DNA of 64,000 nt from Macrostomum lignano (GCA_002269645.1 NIVC01000199.1:496001-560000); one strand, 5' to 3'; numbered from the stretch's first letter, positions 23,662 through 36,144 are shown. The notes: generated by a model not told the origin, from the sequence alone. Translations and numbers: made by a program.

Positions 23662-24779
23662 CGTATTCCGTAGCCATAGGGACCCCAAAATTATCATATT
23701 CCTATAGTTCTCATAGCCATAGCCATAGTTTTAACAAAAAGTCTAAAAAACAAAATATTTTGAATCAAGAAAATAACCTAGTGCTTAAACAACTGCAAAT
23801 TAAATTAGAAAATAAAAGAAACACTTAATTGTCTTTGTAAGATTATATTTCGTCTTTTTTTCAAAGCAACAATACTTAGTCATTATTGAAAGTACTAACG
23901 CTAAAATTTTTCACATTAATAAAAATTAGAGTTTGCTAGTGTTTTATTGTACAGTTTTAGGTATATTTTATGCTAGGTTGATAATACAGTTTACTAAAAG
24001 TATCTTTGTTTTACTCTACCTGTTTCTAATATTTTTTTCCATTTTAACATTAATAACTACAGCTATGGAAATCTACAGAATGTGACAGCAACTACCATAT
24101 TTCCTTAGTCGTAGCCATAAGAGCAGCTAGCTACCCTAGGCATATCCATAGCTGCAGTAGGCACCTATTTTACCGTATTTGCCATAGGATCCTGTAGCTG
24201 TAGCTACGGCTATAGCCGAACACTAGAGTTTGCTAGTGTTTTATTGTGCTTTATTAGGTAAATTTTAAAAGTTTCTAAGTTGATAATACAGTTTACTAAA
24301 AGTATATTTGTTTTATGGCAGTTGTTATTTGTCCGGTGACTGGACAAATAGCGACATGGTTATTCGTCTGGTTACTGGACAAATAGCCATTTCACTATTC
24401 GTCTGGTTATTTTACTGGACAAATAGCCATTTTGTTATTTGTCCAGTTAAATATATTACTAGTACTATCTACTTGTAGGGAATATGTCTGGTTTTAACGG
24501 CTTCTTTACTCATATCTTGATCAATATATTGTTATACTAGTGTACAACTATATGCGCAATTAGTTTCACTTAAAATTTAGCTTGCAGGCACATTTGTCTT
24601 TGCACAATTGTTGAAACTGCTCAATGCTTATCTAGCATTTAGATTAGATAGTAATATCTATCTCAAAGGTATATGTATATCTCATCTATATTGCATACTA
24701 TATCGATGCAGATGCCACGATAGTACTCTAATGGCAGTAGCTTTATGGTGTATCATAGAAAACCAATTGGTATATTAAT

Positions 24780-25593
24780 AAGTGCAACGTGCGGAATAAT
24801 TGATTGAAAAGGGTAGGCACATGTGCATGCACCATGTGCATATTGGAACGAGGAGGTAATGTAAGAGATGACAGATTAAATGTGATGTACATGTACAGTC
24901 TGAATGTATTTTAATGCTCGACCGGTCAGTTATATTAAAAATATAGATTGAGTCCAATTACATATAATGTTACACAATACATTGTACACAATGAAATTAT
25001 GAAACAATTTGTTATGATTCAATTATTGTGCTTCTTTGGCATGTTAAATTGTTAAAACAATTGCAATTAAGATCGCCAACAAATTGTCTTTTACCCTTTT
25101 AAACATTCTTGCAGAATATTTGCTTGTAACTCGCTTTGCTAGCTATAAATTTTTTCAAAGGAATAGGGTGCTGCTGTAAGAAAAAATAAAGATGCAAAAA
25201 TGGAGTCTACAAAAAATAGAATTTGCTAATAATTCTGTTCCTGCTAAAGAGTATATACTAATTGTACTTGAAGATACTTAAGACTTAAGATTTGAAGCTT
25301 AATTATTGTGTCTAGCCCATAGCAGATACTAAAACTTTGTTTAAGATCTGGACTGTTTAGTCTAGTTTTTTAATACAAATCTTAGAATTACCTAGATGAC
25401 ATGTTTGCGTTGAAAAAATGATATGGATACCGATTGGTTCCTTAATGAACAAAGTTAGCATCTGGAAATTCCTCAGAAAAAGCACTGCATTCAGCGAAAC
25501 CTTTGTTGGCCATGATGACTTTGGTGCGCTGCCAGCAGGGATTTTTTTCCTTTCGGTATCGCGCAGCTTCAGAAATAACCGCACTGGTTTCTG
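24780..25593 (-). pseudogene. Relic of a MULE (ZSWIM3-like) transposase
   Basis: Minus strand 25593..25445 reads ...RKEKNPCWQRTKVIMANKGFAECSAFSEEFPDANFVH*, resembling the MULE motif NP.W..t.vim.DKd...r..f...FP.a. A possible SWIM remnant (GACTCAYP) lies near 24820; the sequence is disrupted. Confidence 0.55.
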
Positions 25594-26948
25594 CTTTCTT
25601 ATTTGTAATATAAGAAATAACTTAACTTATACAAAAAGCATATTTTAAGAAATATTCTAATACTTTTCATATTGACAAATTTATCAATACTAGTCATAAC
25701 TTTTACTATTACAAGAAAACTTCTAATTAAATAGTGCAAGTATGGGTTATAGTTAATAATTTTTTGCATAAAATAAAGAAGCCTTTCTCAAAATAAACAT
25801 ACATATTGAATGTATACATTTGGCAGATTGGCTTGAATTAAATGTTATGCAATGCTTTGAATTGATCAAGAATTGAATTTAGAATACATTAAAACATAAA
25901 TTCAATACAACTAAGGTACTCAATACCTCACACTTGTACTTAGTACCCATACCACAATAGAGAGGAGGGACCCTTGGAGGAGAATTGATCAATGGAGGCT
26001 TCTACCTGGGACAAGGCCAAGCATACTAGTGACCACAGGGATTGAGCCAGTCAAAGGTTGGATAAAGACTGACAGGGATAAGGTGAGCAGATCAATCCAA
26101 GGACATTCAAAGGTTGAGAATAAATGCAAGCTTGTTGAAGGAACCATATTGTCCATGCATGCCAGAACTCCTAAATGCCAACTATAGCCCCTCTAAGGGC
26201 AAGATGGTCTGCGCACCATCTAGCAATAAGTATAGAGTGAATGCTAAGGCAGAGGTTACATCCCCACTAATAAATATCCATTGTAAAGGCAATAATACAA
26301 GGTGGCGCAGAGTGCAGAGTGGGGCACTCTTGTTTTCTAACCTATCTTAGTGTAATTCTATAGACTTTGAGTTGAATCACTTTGAGTTCCTATCCTTATT
26401 TGTCTTCCATTGTGCAGCTCAGAAGAATAGGAGTTTGTCACTTAATAAGGTAGACTAGAATTGAGACAGCCAGCCAACTAGCTAAAGTTGTTAGGATAGT
26501 TATAGCCACAACTAGTCATGGCTCATCAAGAGAGCAATGAAATGAATGGCTATAGAGGCAAACCATATTAGTATACAACATAGGCCTATATTTTAGCATC
26601 AATAGGTTTCTTTTCCTTTATTAAAACATATGTTTAATTTTTGTAAAGGATTTCCCTACCTTTGAACCTCTTTTTACCAACCTCCTAGTGGTTGATTTAA
26701 ATGTATATGTAAATTTAAGTTTGAAAAATCTAAATTTAAAATCAGAAATAATTCCAAAAACAATTTTTGGATTGTGCTAATTGGTAAAAAAATTTTTAGC
26801 CCCCATATGCTAAGTTGTTTTTTATAGAACTATTTACTTTTGTAAGTTTTCATTTAATAAGTGTCTATTTATAGATTTAATAAAAGCCAAAAATATTGTG
26901 AATAAGAACTTTAATAGAGTTTTGCTATAACCAAATTTTATCTATATC

Positions 26949-29900
26949 CACGGTGCTACCATAGTCGGAAAATTGCTAAAAAAAATCACCGGAAAAGTTA
27001 TTTGTCACAATCGATACTCGAATTAGTAAGGATTCCTTAGAAGAAAAAATAAAAATTGTAGTTGTTCGTTTTAGCTCAAAAAGTGCTATTTTCAGTTTTT
27101 ACCATAGACGAATTAATAAAAAAGTGAAGTATCACCGTACTATTTAGAAATCAATTCGATTGAGTCCAGGATCAAAGGCAAGCATTAAAAAACATGTTAC
27201 TGATATTCATCAATGATTGGTTGATGCCTAAAAGCTACACATTTGACTTGGATGGGCCTACCACAAGAGAGCCTTAAGGCCCATTCACACCGCCATCAAA
27301 CGAGACCAAATTTCAAGTGATCACACGACATATGCATAGTTTTTCATCCCTTTGTATGTAAGTCATGTGAGTTGGTTGCTTGTTTGATGGTGTTGTGAAT
27401 GAGCCTTTATACTCGTACTCACCCTGTTCGGATGAGTCACTGGTTCAGATCCACCCAGCCCGCCCAGACCCAAAGCTTTACCCTCAGCCAATCCCTCCAC
27501 CATTCTACATACGTAGGTAAGCACTCGTATGCTGTGGCTTGCTCTCTCTCTTCCTGAGCTGTACGTACAAAGTATGATATTGTACATTGGTGTGTGCTCT
27601 TTGCACCAAGCACTCGCCGAACCACCCTCAGTCTTGTAATGCCATCGTGCTCATTTATGTTTTTCATCAATATAAACGTCAAACCTTAAAAGTAAGGAGG
27701 TCCCGTTTGAGGAGGTTTGTCTCTGTCTAAAAGTCTGTCTAACCAACTCTGTCTAAAAGTGTTTCATCGAAACATTTAGTTGCAACGATTGTGCTTGCGT
27801 GTACACAGTTTTTGTCATGCCACTATCACACGAAGATTGCCTCAATCGGATCTGCATTTTGTGCTTTTTGAAGGCAAAAGAGTTGCGATCCGTTACGCCC
27901 TGGATGCTGGCCATCATCAATCGGCACAGTGGCTGGCTCTACGATCTGCACGATAATCGCGTTCCCAAGGCAATTTGTGGCACGTGCAGATTCGCTCTGC
28001 AGCAGCTGGAGAAGGGCCAACGGGCTGATGTGCCACCGATGTATGACTTCAGGGACGTGCAGCCACTGCCGGTGACCCGATCAGTGGGCCAAGATGGATG
28101 CGACTGTAAGATCTGCAGCACTGCCAGATGCAGAGTCCATCCTCCAGAAGCCAACGTCCCAAAGCGGTCTGTTGGGCGGCCGAGTTTGACGGCGGACGAG
28201 GCTACAACGCCCAAGCCCGAAATGGTCAAGGTCTGCTCCTTCTGCATCAGTCCTATTGGCAGGGGCAAGCCGCACACATGCAACAGACCCACAAGACTGC
28301 AGAATGCGCATGCCCTGTTGCAGGAAGCGTCCCCGGAATTCCCAGAGCGGCTCGCCACAACAATTGTGCGGCAGAAACTTATTACTTCAGGCTCCGGAGA
28401 CACAGCCTCGGGCATCACCGTGCTGGCATCCAACGCTGGACCCTCAATGAGGCTGGCCGTGAATCCGCCGCCTCCGAAGCCAACAGCGGTCTTCACGGCG
28501 GATAATATGCGTCATCTGCAAGGTGAGCTGGGCCTCAGTTCGCGCAAAACGGAGGTTGTACTTCGAAATCTTCGGTCTTCGATTGGCGCCTCAGCTGTCC
28601 AGAGCAACATCCGGCAGACATTGAGGGAGATGGATCACGAACTGGATGACCTCTTCCAAGCGAAGCAGCTGGCGTTTATCCGAGAAGAGAGGGGAAGGCA
28701 GACTCCAGCTGAGCAGTGGGCCGTTGTCTGCACTGATGTGGTCGAGCTCCTGGGCCGCATGATTGCAAACCGCCGGCTGATGGATGTTGCTTCCACAGTC
28801 GTCAGAATTGGAATCGATGGTGGAGGTGGGTTCTTGAAGCTCTCGATATCCGTTTTTGACCTGTGCGTGTGTGCTGGTGAGGAGCAGCAGAAGGGGGCTG
28901 ATCGCCGATTCCTCGACACTGGCGTGCATCGGGCCGTCATCCTTGGCATCGCTCCCAACACGCAGGAGAACCACAGGAACCTGGAGTGTCTCTGGAGAGC
29001 TGCCGCCTGCAGCTTCTGTCGGCGAACATCAGCATCGCGTGTGACCTGAAGCTTGCCAACATCCTTCTCGGCTTGATGGCCCACAGCAGCTCGCATGCCT
29101 GCACCTGGTGCAACGTTAATAAAGGGAGCCTTGACAGCTGCGGCGAGCCAAGGACCTTTGGCAGCCTCAGTGAGAAATACCAGGCCTACCTGGCTGCTGG
29201 TGGTGAACGCCAACTAGCTAAGCACTTCGATAATGTCGTCCAGCCCAGCATCTTTTCCGCTGGAGTTGAAGTCCCGGTGTTGCACATTGTCCCTCCACCG
29301 GAGCTGCACCTACTGACCAGTGCGGTCCATGTGCTGTACGAGGGTCTGCATGGTGAAGCTTGGCTTACAGCTTGCAATGTCCAATGTGACAAGCATCACG
29401 GTGGCAGCTTCACTGGCAATGCGAGCCGCAAGTTGCTGCGCAACGTGGACCTGCTAGAAGCGATGTGCCCGATGGCAGCGCTGCCGTTTGTTGCCGCCCT
29501 TCGAGCGTTGAACTCGGTCGTGGTGTCATGCTTCGGGAGTGAGCTGCGTCCCAATTTCGAGCAGGCGATTCAGGAATTTTGCACCAGTTATGCCGATCTC
29601 GGCATTTCCATCAGTCCAAAAATCCACGCGATTTTCCACCACGTCAGTGACTTCTGCCGCGCCAAGGACAAAACAGGCCTGGGGCCATGGAGCGAACAAT
29701 GCATGGAGTCGATGCACAGAGACTTCCTCCTGCATTGGGAGAGATACAAGGTGGCGAGCACGCATCCTCTCTTCGCTGAAAGGCTCCTGGCAGCTGTGCG
29801 GTGTTACAACAGTCGCCATTTGTGAGCGTTTTGTGGAAAGTGCGAATCCGGAACTGCAACAGTTGAACTGCAACGCAAGTATTGGACAGTTATGAAGTCA

Positions 29901-30559
29901 GAAAATTTAGTAGCACAATTTTTCGACCCACTCAGTTATTGTAGTCAAAGCCTCCAGGAAAATCAACCCGATAAATGTCCCCTTTGAAGTCTATATATTA
30001 AATTGCAATTGTAACGATTCTAATTTGAATTGTAAGGTAATACAAAACCTTGTATGATAGGGGTGCTTTCACAAACCCAAAATTTCATAGCATCAAGAAC
30101 ATATTCACATGGTTTGAGGTTAGATATTAAGGTGAAAGAATATAAAAAAAATTTATGTTATAAAATTTGGGGTTTGTGAAACGCCGCAGCACCATGCTGC
30201 TTTGAGTTGTTTTGCTTCATGTAAGACAGTGTGCTAAGCTTCGAGTAGATTTAAAATGTGCATACAATACAATATTCATGGACTTGCTGAAAAAAATTGT
30301 GAATTTGTTTCGATTTAAATTGTAATAACTCTTCTTTAATACGCATATTGACAACAATTTGAAAGAATTCAATTACAATGCAGTAAATTTCCAATATAAT
30401 CTATGGTAAAAAACAGAAAATTGTTTTTTTGAGCTAAAACGAACGAGTACAATTTTAATTTTTTCTTCCATGGAATCCTTAATAACTCGATTGTCAATTG
30501 TGACAAATAACTTTTCCGGTGAATTTTTTAAGCAATTTTCTGCCTATGGTAGCACCGTG
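26949..30559 (+). mobile_element. Chapaev/Transib-type DNA transposon, 3.6 kb, ~135 bp TIRs starting CACGGTG
   Basis: Left TIR CACGGTGCTACCATAG...TTTTAGCTCAAAAA; reverse complement at ~30425..30559. Encloses one transposase gene. No matching TSD seen. Confidence 0.9.
27817..29825 (+). CDS. RAG1/Transib/Chapaev-like DDE transposase (~670 aa) with N-terminal Zn-binding domain, split by one frameshift near 29005
   Basis: H..C...CILC...PKAICGTC...CDCKIC N-terminus; IGIDGGGGFLK (D1); ACDLKLANILLGL...CTWC (D2 plus CxxC); PPPELH; FTGNASRKLL; PKIHAIFHH (HxxxxH); GPWSEQCMESMH (E). First ATG at 27817, stop at 29823-29825. Confidence 0.85.
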
Positions 30560-30617
30560 CCATAACCATATCTATAGCTAATAAACTTTCTGTAACTTTG
30601 TATAAATTTCTTGCTAT

Positions 30618-31604
30618 TGTTGTACCTGTGGTTGTCCTGCTGTACAGCGCAGTGACTTGGGCTCCGTCCTCTCACTTAGAAGCCTTCTTAGCTTTAGTAG
30701 CGTAGGTAGTGCTGCCACCAGTTCCTTCAGGTCTCGGCCTTCGGTGAGGTGAGCTTCCCGTCGGAACGAAATAATGAAGTCAACGAACACAGCACGACGT
30801 GCAGATTTGCAGCTCAACGTATAAGGCGTCTCGTCAGCAGCACCTGCCGGGCTTGGATGGTACAGGGAGGGCTGAGTTAGCCTCTCGTAGACTTGGGTTG
30901 GTTTGGTCGGGTCTCAGTCGGAGCAATAGGAACAGAATCAATGTGCGCAAAGACTCGGACACTCGGGACTTAGTCACACGCGGACGTAGAACTCGAGGTT
31001 GAACAGAAGGAAGACTCCTTGACGGAAACAAGGGGGAGAGAGCTCCTATTTATAGCCGGGAAATTCCCACGCTCCAGACCTCGTGACTTGTTCTATTTTT
31101 AGAACTGACGTCACTCGAGAGTCTCAGGCAGGGTACAAGCGCGCGGAAGACCTCGTGACTTGTTCTATTTTTAGAACTGACGTCACTTGAGGGTCCCCGG
31201 CAGAGTACACATGGCTGTGACTCAGTTGCTATTTTTAGCAACATGAGTCACTCCTCTCCTTAGAAAAGGGAAGGGTCCGAAAGCATGTGACTCACCCGGC
31301 AAACAGGGCCAACGAGTGCAGTAAACATGTTTACTGCACTTTAAGACTCAAAGAACGCAAGAGCTGTCATGTGACTTGCTCACATGACAGAGGAAAACAG
31401 GATGGAAGCGAAACAGAGACAGCCCACAGTCGAGAGACTGAGGGCTGAGAACGGAGACGCAACAGGGCGGAAAGGGCCACGGGGGGGCAACAGGCAAACG
31501 AAAAAGGGACGGGAAGCTGACCAGCGGCAGACAGCAACCCAAAGGGAGGGCAAGGGAGCGGCTGACAAGGGCGACGCCTAACAATAAACTAGCGGCTCAC
31601 TACA
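30618..31604 (-). mobile_element. Solo LTR, 987 bp
   Basis: TG...CA termini (TGTTGTA...CACTACA); 4 bp TSD CTAT on both sides. TATA-like CTATAAATAG on the minus strand at 31046-31055; internal 40 bp direct repeat. Confidence 0.8.
31046..31294 (-). promoter_or_regulatory. LTR U3 promoter/enhancer: TATA, three additional MEF2-consensus sites, two CRE, three AP-1 motifs
   Basis: CTATTTATAG 31046; CTATTTTTAG 31093, 31165, 31229; TGACGTCA 31106, 31178; TGACTCA/TGAGTCA 31218, 31244, 31288. Motif match only, activity not shown. Confidence 0.55.
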
Positions 31605-33007
31605 CTATATTTGAAATGTTTGGCATTAGGCATTAGACCTCTTGCTATTGGCTATTATACGAAGGGTGGCCCAGAAGTAGTGTCACTGTTGCTTGCTTCC
31701 ACAAGTATTAATATGTTAAAAAATCATATGCTTTAAAAGTTAGCAGCTTATTTTAGCTTTCATGCTACGAAAGTCCAATTTTTATAAGTGCTTCTTGCTA
31801 TGAGCAGCATGCATTTGTTTGCATATCCTTGGCCATAGAAATACACATTTTATACAATTGGACATTTTGCTACTTTAGTTACTTAAACATATGAGAGATT
31901 TGTGAAGAGCAAAGGGAGAGAAAGTAAAAAAGAAAAGGGAAAGAAAAGAAATGGGAGAAGAGAAGAGAAAACGGGGGAAAGAAAAGAGGGAAAGAGAAGG
32001 AAGGAAAAGGAGAGAAAATAGAAGAAAGAGAACAATAAAAAGGCAATCAAGTTGATATGCAAGAGTACCATAGTTGCATTCACTATTCATGGGGGCATTC
32101 CTATAGCTATTGGGGGTCCAATTTTTATAAGTGCTTCTTGCTGTAAGCAGCATGCATTTGTTTGCATATCATTGACCATAGAAATACATACTGCATAGTG
32201 CTTCTATGCTCCCTCAGAAGAAAGCCACAAGTAGAGCTGATCAAGCACAGAGTTGCAAGACAGCAGCTGCAGGATTTGTTCTAAAGTAGCAAAGTAAAGT
32301 AATCAAATGTCTAATTCTTATTGAGATCTTCTACTAAGAGCAATGGGCTACTCATCAGTTGGTTTCTTAGAAGCCTTCTTTGCAATCTAGCATTTTTTAT
32401 GGTCCTGAACCACAATGTGCATTATAGTGTAAAAAATGTTAAGCCTGAAGCCCCTGGAGACTGAGCCCAGAGCCTAGAGACTTAAGAACTCTCCTTGTAT
32501 TGAAAGTGAAAACATTTATCTTAACTTCAGCCCCTCTTGATTTCAACCCCAACATGCATAAAGTGTCAAACTTTTGTTTGTTGCTTGAGTCCTTGATTCT
32601 ATGGACTTAAGAGGTTCCCCTTGCATTGAAAGTGAAAACATTCACCTTAACATTAGCCCTTACTACCCAACCACAATGTGTATGTAGCATCAAAAGTCTG
32701 ATTGTTTAAGTCCCCAACCCCAGGGTCTCTAGACCCCAGATCATTATATAATGAGCATTATATATAGTTTATACATCAATTTTGTTTTCTCCTCTTATAT
32801 AATAAAATGAGTTGTCTATCCATCCTTCCATATGAAATTGATTTTTGAAAAAATGGCTTGACTGATTTTCATGAGACTTGCACTGTTCAATAAAAAATTT
32901 TCCTGTGACAGTATTTCTAATTCAAATATTTTTAAATAGTATTTCAATAATTCTTCCATTTTTAACATTTCAGATTTACATTTATATATAAACACCGTCA
33001 CAGAAAC

Positions 33008-33171
33008 ATGCCATTGATATTCTACCGCAAAATAATACCATTATTTCTCTGCTTGCTATTGCTAACGGTTGCCTTATTTGTTGCCTTCTTTGGGTCAAAT
33101 TCAATCTATCTTGGCATAGATCAAGTGGAGTTTTCACACAAGTCGTGGATTTTTCCAGCTGACAGTAGCAA
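33008..33171 (+). CDS. FkbM-family methyltransferase, exon 1 (short cytosolic tail plus single TM anchor)
   Basis: MPLIFYRKIIPLFLCLLLLTVALFVAFFGSNS... (not in the ORF track). Donor AA|GTAGGT, phase 2, is compatible with exon 2. Confidence 0.65.
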
Positions 33172-33486
33172 GTAGGTGTTACCAGGGTATTTATTGTTAA
33201 ATTGTTTTTTATTTCATTTTGCAAATTTGAATGAAAATATTTTAGTCTATGACCCAGACCCTATATTATTCCATTTACAACCGTTCCAATACTGTGCTCA
33301 TACAAGCATTCATACACATGCTCTCAGGGTGTACAGTAGCCCATGACTTTCTAATCGTCTGGCATGTACGCTCTATGTGCCTTTGGAGGTTGACCCTCAT
33401 GACTGTGAATCGTACAACAACCTACTGGCTATCTACAAGCCCCAAGTGAATGTATGCTACACGTGGAATCCAACCAATGGTTGTAA

Positions 33487-33820
33487 GGGGGGCCGTAGCC
33501 CAGCGGTAGCGCAGCTACTCTGGTGTGCCAGCGACCCAGGCTCGATTCCAAGTGCAGTCACATTAATTTGGCAATTAACGGCCTTGAGAGCCAACCCCCC
33601 AAGGCACAGTGAAGTGTACATGCCTAACGATAAATAAAGTTAGGGCCGCTGTACACTCCTGTGTGAGTGTGTGCCTGCGTACGTATCCGCGCGCTTGTAT
33701 GCCTGCTCAGGGGAGTCGGCGGAATGGGCAGCACTGCCTCTCGCCGGTTGTGTGCCTATGTCGCTTAAAGTGCGCCAGGGTGCACACAACCCCCCTGCCT
33801 CTAATAAAAAAAATAATAAA
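33487..33820 (+). mobile_element. Probable tRNA-derived SINE in FkbM intron 1
   Basis: A-box TAGCCCAGCGG, B-box GGCTCGATTCC; A-rich tail near 33810. 3' boundary approximate. Confidence 0.5.
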
Positions 33821-34151
33821 CCAATGGTTGTACATGACGCCTCCTGACATGCTAAAATGTCGTTTCAGCTGCCTTCTCTCCCCCTAGCCTAGTAAAAATA
33901 AGGTGTCCTGTAATGTTTCCTTCTAGAGCTATATTCGTTTCTAGATAATGTATAGTTGGGCGTAGTTCAGCGCAATGCAATTTGCTTTTACACTACTGGT
34001 AGTAGTTTTAAGCTGTGGAAATGTCCGGAATGGGTTAGTTAAAGATTTGCGGAACTCATCTGACTGAGTATTCCACTAGAAAATTTATTGCGTAACATTT
34101 TTATTGTCACTAATAAAAGTTGATGCTTCCGTTAATTTTAATATCATACAG

Positions 34152-34329
34152 ATCCAACGTCGAGGCAGCGGCGAGCTGCAAAGCCTACGATGAGTTGCGC
34201 AACATCAACTTTCTCAGCGACTCGATTCGGGATAGGATCTGCTCCGGCACCGCTGCTTACGCCATCGTCAATGGCAGCTTCCCGCTGTGCCGTCTGCGGG
34301 ACCGGCTGCCAGACGAGATTATGGATCAG
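34152..34329 (+). CDS. FkbM-family methyltransferase, exon 2 (stem region)
   Basis: Acceptor TACAG|A and donor CAG|GTGAGC; phases are consistent with the neighbouring exons. Confidence 0.7.
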
Positions 34330-34357
34330 GTGAGCCGTTTGCCATTTTATTCCTCAG

Positions 34358-34905
34358 TTCTTTCGGATCCCCTAGTTGCTGGGCTAGCCTCCCAGATCCT
34401 CAGTTGCCGAACTAGCCTCCCAGATCATCAGTTGCTGGGCCAGTCTCCCAGATCCTCAGTTGCTGAGCCAGTCTCCCAGATCCCCAGTTGCTGGGCCAGC
34501 CTCTCTGATCATCGTTTGCTGTGCCAGCCTCCCAGATCCTCAGTTGCTGGGCTAGCCTCCCAGATCCTCAGTTGCCGGGCCAGATTCCCAGATCCTCAGT
34601 TGCTGGGCTACCAGCCTCCCAGATCCTCAGTTGCTGGGCTACCAGCCTCCCAGATCCTCAGTTGCTGGGCTACCAGCCTCCCAGATCCTCAGTTGCTGGG
34701 CTACCAGCCTCCCAGATCCTCAGTTGCTGGGCTACCAGCCTCCCAGATCCTCAGTTGCTGGGCTACCAGCCTCCCAGATCCTCAGTTGCTGGGCTACCAG
34801 CCTCCCAGATCCTCAGTTGCTGGGCTACCAGCCTCCCAGATCCTCAGTTGCTGGGCTACCAGCCTCCCAGATCCTCAGTTGCTGAGCCACCTGCAGCCCT
34901 CCCAG
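34358..34905. repeat. Minisatellite, ~31 bp unit (CCTCCCAGATCCTCAGTTGCTGGGCTACCAG), FkbM intron 2
   Basis: Tandem copies visible. Confidence 0.9.
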
Positions 34906-34990
34906 ATTGGTTTGTACGTGATACACCATCTTTACTACTTCCAGCTTGGAGACTGACAGTTGCGTAACTTGATCCCCAAATAAACATCAG

Positions 34991-35365
34991 GTCCGCTCTC
35001 GCAGCCAGTTGGCCAGCTTGCCCAGCCCTGTGACAGGCCGCAGCCTGCCATGCTACATCTATTCCGAACGCGACTATATATCCGACGAGATTCGCAAGCG
35101 CACGGGCTTCGAGACTAACAATGTAGCCGCTTTAATTGGTTTATTGCGTCGGATTAAATCTGACAGAGGCGTCGCGCCAAACGGCGTCACCTTTGTCGAT
35201 GTCGGATCAAATATCGGCGTCTTCTCCTTGGCGGCCATGGACTTGGGAGTACCTGTGGTGTCGCTAGATGCCAATATTCGAAACCTGCTACGCATCCGGC
35301 TCTCGGCCGAAGCTTTGATGACTAGAAATCGTCTGAATAAGAGTGCTAGCGATATAACAACTGCG
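34991..35365 (+). CDS. FkbM-family methyltransferase, exon 3 (SAM-binding motif I)
   Basis: TFVDVGSNIGVFSLAA...VVSLDAN; acceptor ATCAG|GTC, donor GCG|GTGAGT. Confidence 0.85.
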
Positions 35366-35404
35366 GTGAGTGACAGTCACTGAGGTGTGAATATAAGATG
35401 TATG

Positions 35405-36085
35405 AGATCTGTATGAGGTGTGAAAATGATCTGTATAAAGTCTGAAAATAAAAGCTGTGAAAATGATTTATACTAAATTGTGAAAAATGATCTATACAGA
35501 GTTGTGAAAAAGATCTAAATGAGGTGTGAAAATGATCTAAATGAGGTGTGAAACTAATCTAAATGAGGTGTGAAAATGATCTAAATGAGGTGTGAAAATG
35601 ATCTAAATGAGTTGTGAAAATGATCTAAATGAGTTGTGAAAATGATCTAAATGAGGTGTGAAAATGATCTAAATGAGGTGTGAAAATGATCTAAATGAGG
35701 TGTGAAAATGATCTAAATGAGTTGTGAAAATGATCTAAATGAGGTGTGAAAATGATCTAAATGAGGTGTGAAAATGATCTAAATGAGGTGTGAAAATGAT
35801 CTAAATGAGGTGTGAAAATGATCTAAATGAGGTGTGAAACTGATCTAAATGAGGTGTGAAACTGATCTAAATGAGGTGTGAAAATGATCTAAATGAGGTG
35901 TGAAAATGATCTAAATGAGGTGTGAAAATGATCTAAATGAGGTGTGAAAATGATCTAAATGAGGTGTGAAACTGATCTAAATGAGGTGTGAAACTGATCT
36001 AAATGAGGTGTGAAAATGATCTAAATGAGGTGTGAAAATGATCTAAATGAGGTGTGAAAATGATCTAAATGGGGTGTGAAACTGA
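35405..36085. repeat. Minisatellite, 22 bp unit (ATCTAAATGAGGTGTGAAAATG), FkbM intron 3
   Basis: Tandem copies visible. Confidence 0.95.
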
Positions 36086-36144
36086 TGTACCTGATGCGTG
36101 AAGCTTGCTGAGAAGTTTAGCTGTTTCAACCCCAACCTTTTCAG

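Noticed and set aside
29826-30425. RAG2-like partner gene inside the transposon
   Set aside because: Only about 600 bp of AT-rich sequence with no ORF lies between the transposase stop and the TIR.
26940-30570. Target-site duplication for the CACGGTG element
   Set aside because: Flanks (..ATATC and CCATA..) do not match at 3, 4 or 5 bp, so Transib versus Chapaev cannot be settled from the TSD.
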